Both the position numbers and the translations under genes were made by a program. DNA of 64,000 nucleotides from an uncultured Chloroflexia bacterium (lineage in GTDB: Bacteria > Chloroflexota > Limnocylindria > Limnocylindrales > CSP1-4), in contig CAVYIM010000003.1 of assembly GCA_963768655.1 (NCBI GenBank), forward strand, positions 717,682-781,681. Reading direction: 5' to 3'. The notes beneath the pieces are model-generated. The model did no database searches. It had not been told where the DNA came from and was given only the letters and a program-made list of their open reading frames with translations. Shown one piece after another: positions 56,627-64,000 of this stretch (positions are counted from its first letter, which is position 1; each line of letters begins with the position of its first letter).

Positions 56627-57562
56627 ATGGGGATGCCAGCCCTCGCGATCAACGTGACTCCGCCCTGGGGCGGTTCGCAGCAGGATCTGGGTCCGTACCT
56701 CGGTCCCGCCGCGGCGTTCATCGGCATCCTGATCGCGGCCGCGATCATCATCAGGCTGACTCATGTCTTCGTCCGCGGCATCGTACGGACACTCCTCAAC
56801 CGCGAGAACGTGGAGGGGACCGCCCACGAGCTGACGGCCGCCGAGCTCAGGAAACGCCAGGACACGATCGAGACCCTGGTCGTCAACGTGGTCCGATTCT
56901 TCGTCGTCGTGATCGCGGCCCTGATGGTCCTCGAGACGGCCTTCAGCCTCGATGTCGGTCCCGCCATTGCCGGCCTGGGGATCATCGGCATCGCGGTCGG
57001 CCTGGGCACGCAGAGCCTGGTCCGCGACTACCTCAACGGGGCCCTGGTCTTGATCGAGAACCAGTACTCGATCGGCGACGTGGTCAAGATTGCCGGCGTC
57101 TCGGGCAAAGTCGAGGACTTCACGCTTCGGAGGACGACGCTGCGCGACCAGGATGGCGCGGTGCACACGGTGCCCAACGGCCTCATCACGGTGGCCACGA
57201 ATCTCACGCGCGAGTGGGCGCGCGTGAACGAAGACGTTCGCGTGGTCTACGGCACGGACATCGAGAAGGCCACCGCCGTGGTGGACCGCGTCGGGCGACA
57301 GCTGGCGTCGGAATTGGATTGGGGCCCCCGGATCCTGGAGGCGCCGCGGGTCGAGCGGGTGTCACAGCTGGGCGAATTCGGGGTGACGCTCAAGGTCCTG
57401 GGGACCGTAAGGGCGTCGGAGCAGTGGGCCGTCAGCGGTGAGCTTCGCAAACGGATCCTGGCCGCGTTCGCGGAGTCCGGCATCGAGATGCCGCAGCCGC
57501 AGCGAATCGTCCTGGCCGGGCCGAAAGCACGCGGCGCCAGGCCCCGGCCGAAAGCGGAGTAG
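56627..57562 (+). CDS. MscS-family mechanosensitive channel
   Basis: Three TM helices, then 'LIENQYSIGDVVKIAGVSGKVEDFTLRRTTLRDQDGAVHTVPNG'. Confidence 0.85.
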   Translation: MGMPALAINVTPPWGGSQQDLGPYLGPAAAFIGILIAAAIIIRLTHVFVRGIVRTLLNRENVEGTAHELTAAELRKRQDTIETLVVNVVRFFVVVIAALMVLETAFSLDVGPAIAGLGIIGIAVGLGTQSLVRDYLNGALVLIENQYSIGDVVKIAGVSGKVEDFTLRRTTLRDQDGAVHTVPNGLITVATNLTREWARVNEDVRVVYGTDIEKATAVVDRVGRQLASELDWGPRILEAPRVERVSQLGEFGVTLKVLGTVRASEQWAVSGELRKRILAAFAESGIEMPQPQRIVLAGPKARGARPRPKAE

Positions 57563-57629
57563 GCAGAAGCAGGCCGGGGCGAGGGGACGAGAAGCAGGAG
57601 AGACGCCCGGCGTCGGCCGGGGCGATGAC

Positions 57630-58886
57630 CTACGAGGCGCGAACCGATGGGTTGGTGTTCCGCCCGCCGCCGAAGATTCCGAGGAAGCCGCTGCCGACCT
57701 TGGCCACGCCGGGCTCGGCCGTGGCGATCATGCGGTCCGCGAGCGCTTCGATGTCCTCGATGACCTTCTCCTTGGGGAAACGCTCGACGGCGGAGCGGCC
57801 CTCGTTGGCGGCTCGAACGAAGAGCATGCCGGCAGACCGAATCTCCGCCAGGGCGGGCATGCCGACGGTCCGTTCCATGTCACCAACCGACACGCCGCTG
57901 TTGGCACGGTTCACGACCATGGCCAGGCGCTCGCGGATCTCGAGCTCGACTGCCACCTCGCGGAGCTGGACCGCGGCCCGGATGGCCGGCACGTCGGGCG
58001 TTACCGGCACCAGAATCTTGTCGGCCCGCTCGAAGATGACCTGGTTGAGGGGCCCGTAGTCCGGGTGCATGTCGACGACGACCCAGTCGAAGGCCTGACG
58101 AGCGGCGGTGATCGCCTCGGCCACCCGCTTCGGCTCGAGGATCTCAGTGTGCAGCGGTGACTCCGCCATCACCAGCACCGCGACGCCGTTGTGATGGGCG
58201 GACGCGATCTCGGCGAAGGACTCGGCCGCGCCCGTTGTGAGGTCTTCCGTCCACGCATCCGCGACGGTGCGGACGTTCTCCATGCCCAGCGACGAGGCCA
58301 CGTGCCCCGTCACGGTATCGCAGTCAACCAGCAGCACGCGCTGCCCCTTGCGGAGCTGCAGCATCGCCGCAACGTTGACCGCAATCGTCGTCTTGCCAAC
58401 GCCGCCCTTGGGGTTGAACACGATGACGATCTGGCCGCGGCGGGAGTCTCCGGCGTCAACCGACGGAACGTCGTCTGTGTGGATCACGCCGCCGGTGGAC
58501 TCGTCCGTGGGAATCTCGGCGCGGATGAGCATCGCCTCGACGCGCCAGCGCAGCGACTCCGCAGAGTAGGGGCGAGTGAAGTACTCGTCACTGACACGGG
58601 CTCGTCCCGCCATCCCCATCCGGTCCAGCGCCCGGGCCGCAACGACCATCAGCGCCGGGATGTTGCGATCCTCTTCGTGGAGGAGGGCGTACATCTCGAT
58701 CGTTCGATCGAAGTCGTTCTCCGCGTCCAGGATGGCCACGCCGATGTCGTTGCGCAGGCTCAGGAGAGTCTCGAGCTCATCGGCAGTGTTGACGGCGATG
58801 GCGTCGTAGCCGGCCTCGATCAGCTGTGCGGCGACAGCGGCCAGCTCCGCGGGCGGTAGGGCGATTGCGACTGCTGACCGGGGCAC
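57630..58886 (-). CDS. TadZ/CpaE-like protein: pseudo-receiver domain fused to a ParA/MinD-type ATPase
   Basis: The N-terminal ~125 aa have a receiver-like fold ('GVAILDAEND', 'FTRPYS') but lack the N-terminal acidic pair. Deviant Walker A 'VFNPKGGVGKTTIAVNVAA'. Also 'LLVDCD' and 'VVVDMHPD'. Confidence 0.8.
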   Translation of the reverse strand: MPRSAVAIALPPAELAAVAAQLIEAGYDAIAVNTADELETLLSLRNDIGVAILDAENDFDRTIEMYALLHEEDRNIPALMVVAARALDRMGMAGRARVSDEYFTRPYSAESLRWRVEAMLIRAEIPTDESTGGVIHTDDVPSVDAGDSRRGQIVIVFNPKGGVGKTTIAVNVAAMLQLRKGQRVLLVDCDTVTGHVASSLGMENVRTVADAWTEDLTTGAAESFAEIASAHHNGVAVLVMAESPLHTEILEPKRVAEAITAARQAFDWVVVDMHPDYGPLNQVIFERADKILVPVTPDVPAIRAAVQLREVAVELEIRERLAMVVNRANSGVSVGDMERTVGMPALAEIRSAGMLFVRAANEGRSAVERFPKEKVIEDIEALADRMIATAEPGVAKVGSGFLGIFGGGRNTNPSVRAS

Positions 58887-58930
58887 TGTGACGGGGTCTC
58901 CCTTGGGTGCGCGGGCGGGACTCGGTAAGT

Positions 58931-59866
58931 CTAGCCTTCCGCCTCCGGGTCATGTGCGGAGACGTTGAGCACGCCATCGCGCTCAGAGACGACTCTGGCC
59001 TGGAAGTTGGGCAGCGTGGGGATGAGCGAACCCAACGAGATCTCCGGGCCGTGACCCACGGTAAAGATGAACTCGCCGTCCGGGCCGGACGAGACGCCGA
59101 CGTTCTTGACGCCTGGCAGGCGCCCGAGTTGGCGCTTGAACGTGGCAATGCTGGCCACGCTGACGAGCCCGACGACGACGACCTGAGTGGACTCGGGCAC
59201 CTCTGGCTTGGGCACGGCAGCGGCACGGGCGGCCCTGGCGGCCTCCTCTTCGGCGGCTGCAGCAGCTGCTTCATCTTCGGCGGATGGCCCCGGGGGAGGA
59301 GCCACCGGCGCCTCCGCTTCGCTGCCGAGCAGGTCCTCGGTGCGCATGATCTTCTCGCGCCGGGCCTTGATCTCGGTCGCGAGAGTGCCCCGTTCGGATT
59401 CCGCAAAGGTCGGCGGATCCGGCATCTGCGCGGCCATGCTGGCGAAGACCGTTGGGTCGGCTTCCTGGAGAAGCTGCTCGAAGAATTGGGCGACTTCTTC
59501 CTCGAACCCCGATACGCGCTTCTGGACGCGCTCGATCTCGAACTCGATGGCGGAGTTGTACTCCTGGAGCTCCTGCTCGAGCAGCTCGCGACGCCGGGCG
59601 ATCCGCTGCTCCGTCTCGACACGGATGCGCTCTACTTCTGCCTTGGACCAATCACGGATGGCGCTGACATCGGCTTCGGCGCCCTTGCGCAGGGACGCCG
59701 CCTCGTCGTCCGTGCGGGCGTGGAGCTTCTCGACGTAAACCTTCGCATCTGCCTGGCACTGATCAATCGTCGCCTGCCGCGCCGTCTCGGCGGTCGAACG
59801 CATGGCCTGCGTGAGGTCCGCCAGGAATTGGTTCGGATGACGCGCGGCCGTGTCGTTCACGCTCAT
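58931..59866 (-). CDS. coiled-coil protein, long paralog (N-terminal ~155-aa helical domain + linker + ~85-aa C-terminal alpha/beta domain)
   Basis: 'LADLTQAMRSTAETARQA', 'RIRVETEQRIARRRELLEQELQEY' and 'FFEQLLQEADPTVFASMAAQMPDPP'. C-terminus 'VVVVGLVSVASIATFKRQLGRLPGVKNVGVSSGPDGEFIFTVGH'. GGGGAG precedes the ATG. No family recognised. Confidence 0.7.
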   Translation of the reverse strand: MSVNDTAARHPNQFLADLTQAMRSTAETARQATIDQCQADAKVYVEKLHARTDDEAASLRKGAEADVSAIRDWSKAEVERIRVETEQRIARRRELLEQELQEYNSAIEFEIERVQKRVSGFEEEVAQFFEQLLQEADPTVFASMAAQMPDPPTFAESERGTLATEIKARREKIMRTEDLLGSEAEAPVAPPPGPSAEDEAAAAAAEEEAARAARAAAVPKPEVPESTQVVVVGLVSVASIATFKRQLGRLPGVKNVGVSSGPDGEFIFTVGHGPEISLGSLIPTLPNFQARVVSERDGVLNVSAHDPEAEG

Positions 59867-60031
59867 CTCCCCGTTCGTTTCTCCGGGCCCCGGCCGGGCG
59901 CCGGAGTCTACCCGATTTCGTATGCTACCCCGCGCTTGACCCCAGGAACGTTACCGCAACGGGCCCGCGGCTCCAAGCGTAATTATCGCGGGTCCAAGGG
60001 TTCGCATCCGGAGACTTTCGCTCTGTTGGAT

Positions 60032-60099
60032 CATGGGCCGGGTGTTGCCGCCGGGCACTCCGCTGGAGGTACCAGGACTAACCGCCCTTCCGTACCGCC
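60032..60099. promoter_or_regulatory. conserved 68-nt element, copy A (166 nt upstream of the long coiled-coil gene)
   Basis: An ungapped alignment with 61079-61146 gives 57/68 identical positions, counted by hand. The core is gctggaggtaccaggac.aac.gccctt.cgtaccgcc. Confidence 0.6.
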
Positions 60100-60217
60100 T
60101 TACAGCCGCCCGCCTCCGCACGCGTGGCCACCGGAGACCCGGATGACGAGCTGTCGCGACGGGCCGGGGCGGTTCAGAGGCGGGCGACGCCCAGGCGCGA
60201 TGGGCCCGAGATCGCCT

Positions 60218-60925
60218 CTACCGGTGCTCTTCCGCCTGGGTTCGGGCCGCGCCGGTGGCGGATTCCCTCCACCAGCGGCCCCGAGGCTCCTCCGGCTTCT
60301 GGCCGTTGGAGCCGGCCGTCGGCGGGGCCTCCATCGGCGGGGCCTCCGGAGCCGGAGCGGCGGCCGTTTCGAGGGGTTCGCCGCGTGCAGCTCGTTCAGC
60401 CCGCTCGCGTCTCTCTCGGAGCTCGGCGGCGAACGACTCTCGGTCCAGATCGGCGAAGACGGGCGGATCGGGCATCTTGGATGCCATGGTGGCGAAGACG
60501 GTGGGATCCGCGCTGCCCTGGAGGAGCTGCTCGAAGAACTGAGATACCTCGGTCTGGAAGCTCTCGATCCGTTCCTGAACGCTGCCGATCTCCGCCTCGA
60601 CGTCGGCGTGGAACTCCGTCAGCTCCTGCTCGAGCAGCTGGCGGCGTCGCAGGATACGTTGCTCCGTTTCCTGGCGAACTCGTTCCACCCTGGCCCTCGC
60701 TCGCTCGCGGATGGTGGCCACGTCGGCCTCCGATGCCTGCCGCAGCACCTCGGAATCTTCCAGCGTTCGCGCGCGGAGCTGTTCGATGTATGTTTTGGCG
60801 TCGTTCTGGCACTTTTCGAAGTCAGCCTGCCGCGAGGCATCAGCGGCCGAGCGCATAGCCTGAGTCAGATCCGCCATCAAACGGTTCTGGTGCTGCGCCG
60901 CCGAGTCGTTCACGCTGATCTCCAT
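60218..60925 (-). CDS. coiled-coil protein, short paralog (helical domain only)
   Basis: 'MADLTQAMRSAADASRQA', 'RVRQETEQRILRRRQLLEQELTEF' and 'FFEQLLQGSADPTVFATMASKMPDPP'. It is collinear with the N-terminal domain of 58931..59866. Confidence 0.7.
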   Translation of the reverse strand: MEISVNDSAAQHQNRLMADLTQAMRSAADASRQADFEKCQNDAKTYIEQLRARTLEDSEVLRQASEADVATIRERARARVERVRQETEQRILRRRQLLEQELTEFHADVEAEIGSVQERIESFQTEVSQFFEQLLQGSADPTVFATMASKMPDPPVFADLDRESFAAELRERRERAERAARGEPLETAAAPAPEAPPMEAPPTAGSNGQKPEEPRGRWWRESATGAARTQAEEHR

Positions 60926-61078
60926 GGTCCCAGCCCCCGCATCCTCGAAGAGCGGGGGCTAGAGGCCCACGATACTACCCCGCGTCCCGCCCGCGCCCAA
61001 CCATGACACACCAGGCACCTCGAGACGCCAGCCCATTGTTGCCAGTCCCAGGCCGGGCGGCGAGGGACTTTTCCCAAG

Positions 61079-61146
61079 CATGGGCGGGGTGCTGCCCGCC
61101 AGCACCCGGCTGGAGGTACCAGGACCAACGGCCCTTACGTACCGCC
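61079..61146. promoter_or_regulatory. conserved 68-nt element, copy B (154 nt upstream of the short coiled-coil gene)
   Basis: See copy A. A second shared block, CGCGGGGTAG(C/T)AT on the minus strand (59924-59934 and 60974-60984), lies ~50-60 nt upstream of each start and could hold the -10 box. Confidence 0.6.
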
Positions 61147-61187
61147 GCACGCGGCATGTCAGGCCCGCGAAGTTGGCCGACGCAGCC

Positions 61188-61976
61188 TCAAGTCTCGGGC
61201 GGCCCCGGAGGATCCGAGCGAGCCCTCGTTGCTCTGTCGGCCCAGGCCGCCAGGACCCGGTCCTTGTGCGGGCGGATGGGGCAATGCTCGTCGCGGTTGG
61301 CGGCCTCGTCACAGTAGCCGAGAGGCACGCACTTGGGGGCGAGGAAACTGCCCAGGAACGGGCTGACGGCGAAGACCTCGTGGCGGACGAGCTGAAAGAG
61401 CCGCCGGATCTCCCACTGGGCCATCGTGCACAGCCGCAGGCCGGACATGTGGATCAGAGCGCGGAGGTTCGCCGTCATGACCAGGTTCGTGCGCGTGGCG
61501 TTGGGAAAGACGAAGCGGGCGTCCTCGCCTGGTATGCCGGCATCGAGGAGCTCCGAGTACACCTCGAGCGCCCCTTCGAGCTGATCCTCGTAGCGGCGCA
61601 GCAGCTCTGGATCGGCCTCGGCGATGGTCGCCGGCAGCATTGTGGAAGCGCCCTTCTTGTACGAGACGTACCGCTGGCTCTGCTGGTCGAAGGCGACGCC
61701 GGCTCGATGTCGGACGAGCTGGTGGCTGAGGGTTCGGCTGACCCCGGTGATCGCAAACGTGAAGACGACATGCTCGATGGTCGAGCCGTGCCCGGATTCG
61801 ATCACCCGGCCGATCAGCTCGCGCTGTTTCTCCGGTGTGATCCGCCCGTCGACCGCGCGCTCGAAGATGTCGTCCGGGGCGAGCTCCGAGTAGCAGGTGC
61901 GGCACGCCGTGTAGATGAGCGGTACGTAGTAGCGCTCGACGATCTCACGACTGGGGAAGATGAGCGTGGCTCTCAT
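61188..61976 (-). CDS. thyX: FAD-dependent thymidylate synthase
   Basis: ThyX signature 'LVRHRAGVAFDQQSQRYV', plus 'GHGSTIEHVVFTF' and 'TNLVMTANLRALIHM'. The start is ambiguous: ATG 61976, ATG 62009 or GTG 62072. Confidence 0.9.
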   Translation of the reverse strand: MRATLIFPSREIVERYYVPLIYTACRTCYSELAPDDIFERAVDGRITPEKQRELIGRVIESGHGSTIEHVVFTFAITGVSRTLSHQLVRHRAGVAFDQQSQRYVSYKKGASTMLPATIAEADPELLRRYEDQLEGALEVYSELLDAGIPGEDARFVFPNATRTNLVMTANLRALIHMSGLRLCTMAQWEIRRLFQLVRHEVFAVSPFLGSFLAPKCVPLGYCDEAANRDEHCPIRPHKDRVLAAWADRATRARSDPPGPPET

Positions 61977-62232
61977 GCCAAGGTCGTGGCGACCCGGGTT
62001 GCGCGGCATCGCGGAGCTGGCTGTGCTGACTGGAGCGCCGGGGGAACTCGCGGCGCCGGGATCGACGGTCACCGCGTCAGGATAGCGACTCCGATCGGCT
62101 CCCGACCGCTCGTGCCCGGATTACCCGCATGCTGCGACGGGCCCCTGAGTCTGTCTCGCATGTAGTCGTCATCGACTGTTGAGAGACAAAGTAGCCGTTG
62201 ACGGCTATCAGATCCTTTGTTAGCCTGATGGC

Positions 62233-62901
62233 GTGGATGAGGCGCGAGGACTGGTGCTGTTCGGCGACGTGGTCGGGTCGCGGCGCGACCCTTCCGGGGC
62301 CGCCGAATGGCTGCGCCGCCTCGTCGACGAGCTGGACCAGGCCTATGGCGAGCAACGGCTGGCCCCTTTCGGGTTCACCCAGGGCGATGAGTTGCAGGGG
62401 CTGCTGGTTGCCGATGCGGATCCACTGGTGGCGGTCCTGCACGCGGATCTCAATCCATCGGCGCGACCGATGCGCTGGGTGTGCGTGAAAGGCGGAGTGG
62501 ATCCGGGAGAGGGGCCGGCCACGCAGCGTACGGGCCCGGCCTTCCTGGCGGCTCGAGACGCGATCGAGGCGGCTCGAGCGGGGCACGATCGCCTGGTCAT
62601 ACAGACCGGCCAGACGGAGGTAGATGAGCTTCTTGCCGGCATGACGCCGGCCCTGGCCGACATGCTGGAGGGCTTGACGCCGCGCCAGCGCGCCGTCGGC
62701 CGCCTGGCTTTGATCGAAGGCCTGCGCCAGTCGGAAGTCGCGGACCGGCTGGGCGTGCGCCGGGCCACGATCTCGGTTTCGTTCGGACGGGCCAGGGTCC
62801 AAACCCTGCAGCGGCTCGTGGCCGCGATCCGCAAGGTCTACTCCAGTGCCGGCGCCAGCGCCGGCGCTCAGGCGAGTGGCGCCACCGGAACCGGCGCCTA
62901 A
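62233..62901 (+). CDS. SatD-like protein (cyclase-like N-domain + C-terminal HTH)
   Basis: 'LVLFGDVVGSRRD', 'FGFTQGDELQGLL', 'RWVCVKGGVD' and 'GPAFLAARDAIEAAR'. HTH 'LTPRQRAVGRLALIEGLRQSEVADRLGVRRATISVSF'. The family is recalled from memory. Confidence 0.65.
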   Translation: MDEARGLVLFGDVVGSRRDPSGAAEWLRRLVDELDQAYGEQRLAPFGFTQGDELQGLLVADADPLVAVLHADLNPSARPMRWVCVKGGVDPGEGPATQRTGPAFLAARDAIEAARAGHDRLVIQTGQTEVDELLAGMTPALADMLEGLTPRQRAVGRLALIEGLRQSEVADRLGVRRATISVSFGRARVQTLQRLVAAIRKVYSSAGASAGAQASGATGTGA

Positions 62902-62912
62902 GGGAGAACGTC

Positions 62913-63824
62913 GTGACCGAACCGCTGCTCCTGCTCGGCTGGCTCCTGGTGAGCCACCTCACGGCCGATTTCGTTCTCCAGACGGACGCGAGCGTCGCCG
63001 ACCGGAACGAGTCGGGGCCACGGGCGCGGCGCGCCCTCGGGTTTCATGCCCTGGTTGTCGCCGCCGCCATGGCGCCTTTCTGGCTCGCCTTCGGGACGCC
63101 GGGTTTTCTCGCCCTGCTCGTGGCCGCCATACCTCATCCGTTCATCGATGCCGTCAAGACGCGCGTCACCGAGACGCGCCGCGGTGCTTCCGCCCAGACG
63201 GAATGGTCCCCCTGGCCGGCCGGCCTCTTCCTGGCGGACCAGGCGGCCCACCTGGGGCTCTTGCTGGGGGCGTGGTGGGTCTTCCTGCGTGACGCCGCCT
63301 TGAACCCGTGGTTTGCCGACCGTGTGGCGGGGGCGACGTCGGGAATTGCCGCGTCGGACGTCCACAGCGCGGCCCTCATTCTTATCGTCGGCTGGTCCCT
63401 GGCGGTGATCAACGGGCGGGCGGCCCGGTTCTTCGTGCCGCTCCTGCTCCCGCCGGAGGCTGGATCGGGCGTGGCCACGGCGGCATCGGGCGGCGCGCCG
63501 GGGGTCACACTCCAACGGGCGGGCGGCTACAGCGTCAAGCTTGGCCCCGTGTCGGGCCGTATCGAGCCGGACCATCCTCCCGTTGTCGAGACCCCGGACA
63601 ACGTCGGCGCCGTCGTAGGTGTACTCGAGCGGCTGCTGGTGGTCATCCTGGTCCTCGACCACGCGGAGCTCGCCATCGGGCTCGTCGTGGCGGCCAAGAC
63701 GCTGGCGCGGTTCAAGCAGCTCGACGAGCGGCCGTTCGCGGAGAAATACCTGGTCGGGACGCTGGCGAGCGTGACCGTGGCGGTGGCGAGCGGTCTGGCG
63801 GCTCGAGCCGTGCTGGGCGTCTAG
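62913..63824 (+). CDS. DUF3307-like membrane protein with an extended C-terminal half
   Basis: 'LLVSHLTADFVLQTD' (H-x3-DF-x2-Q) and 'IPHPFIDAVK'. Several TM helices, a Gly/Ala linker and a further hydrophobic C-terminal region. Confidence 0.65.
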   Translation: MTEPLLLLGWLLVSHLTADFVLQTDASVADRNESGPRARRALGFHALVVAAAMAPFWLAFGTPGFLALLVAAIPHPFIDAVKTRVTETRRGASAQTEWSPWPAGLFLADQAAHLGLLLGAWWVFLRDAALNPWFADRVAGATSGIAASDVHSAALILIVGWSLAVINGRAARFFVPLLLPPEAGSGVATAASGGAPGVTLQRAGGYSVKLGPVSGRIEPDHPPVVETPDNVGAVVGVLERLLVVILVLDHAELAIGLVVAAKTLARFKQLDERPFAEKYLVGTLASVTVAVASGLAARAVLGV

Positions 63825-63860
63825 TTCGGCCGGTCCCGCGCGGGCCGCGGTCGTGCCACC

Positions 63861-64000
63861 TCAGCCGATGACGTGGGCCAGGCGCAGGCACAGCGCGCCG
63901 ATCCCGGCCAGCGACCACGACACCCACAAGACGGCGATGAGCGTTGGCACGCGATTCTCGATCAGCCGGCGGGTGGCGCTGAACGGCTCGATCAACCTGT
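63861..64000 (-). CDS. 3' end of a membrane protein gene whose start lies beyond the window
   Basis: The minus-strand frame is open from the window edge to TGA (complement of 63861-63863). It translates as '...IENRVPTLIAVLWVSWSLAGIGALCLRLAHVIG'. Confidence 0.3.
   Translation of the reverse strand, partial: RLIEPFSATRRLIENRVPTLIAVLWVSWSLAGIGALCLRLAHVIG

Noticed and set aside
60033-60146. 37-codon plus-strand ORF starting inside the 68-nt element (counterpart: start of ORF 61080..62165)
   Set aside because: The two copies differ by more amino-acid-changing than silent substitutions. The longer copy is antisense to thyX. There is no RBS. It is unlikely to be coding.

Overview
High-GC bacterial chromosomal DNA. 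Third codon positions are strongly G/C-biased and there are many GTGA/ATGA start-stop overlaps. The taxon cannot be resolved from sequence alone; it looks Actinomycetota- or Chloroflexota-like. I recognised no rRNA, tRNA, CRISPR array, transposase or integrase. Most long ORFs in the six-frame track are antisense or out-of-frame shadows of real genes, an expected high-GC artefact.

Positions ~700-36800 form one very large composite cell-envelope glycan locus. It holds:
- a GT26 (WecG/TagA) transferase, seven GT4/GT2 glycosyltransferases and two GT-C-like membrane enzymes;
- three Wzx-like flippases and three nucleotide-sugar dehydrogenases;
- Gmd + Fcl + an Rmd-like reductase;
- a WbaP-type and a WecA-type initiating transferase;
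- an inverted three-gene NDP-sugar operon flanked by paralogous GT4 genes;
- a 960-aa secreted beta-helix protein with three tandem uncharacterised C-terminal domains.

Positions 36800-64000 are mixed. They hold:
- an NRAMP homolog with an altered (NRMT-like) metal site, translationally coupled to a soluble PRC/MgtE-N/CBS protein;
- a GGDEF cyclase, PolX and a seven-bladed Kelch lipoprotein;
- a HipA-like kinase + DUF3037 pair;
- a TPR/HIRAN-like protein next to a 1015-aa protein that is methyltransferase-like, has a Zn-ribbon and is nuclease-like;
- DUF885, and a class-V aminotransferase + ankyrin pair;
- IclR and MscS;
- a TadZ/CpaE-like ATPase with two tandem coiled-coil paralogs that share a conserved 68-nt upstream element;
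- ThyX, and a SatD-like + DUF3307 pair.

I rank four items highest as candidate undescribed systems: the MgtE-sensor/NRMT pair, the 1015-aa multidomain protein, the ParA-like/coiled-coil module and the beta-helix repeat protein. Four apparent single-nucleotide frameshifts interrupt otherwise intact genes. At least two of them sit at short homopolymers, so assembly error must be excluded before calling pseudogenes. All family assignments come from motif recognition by eye. No database search was run.
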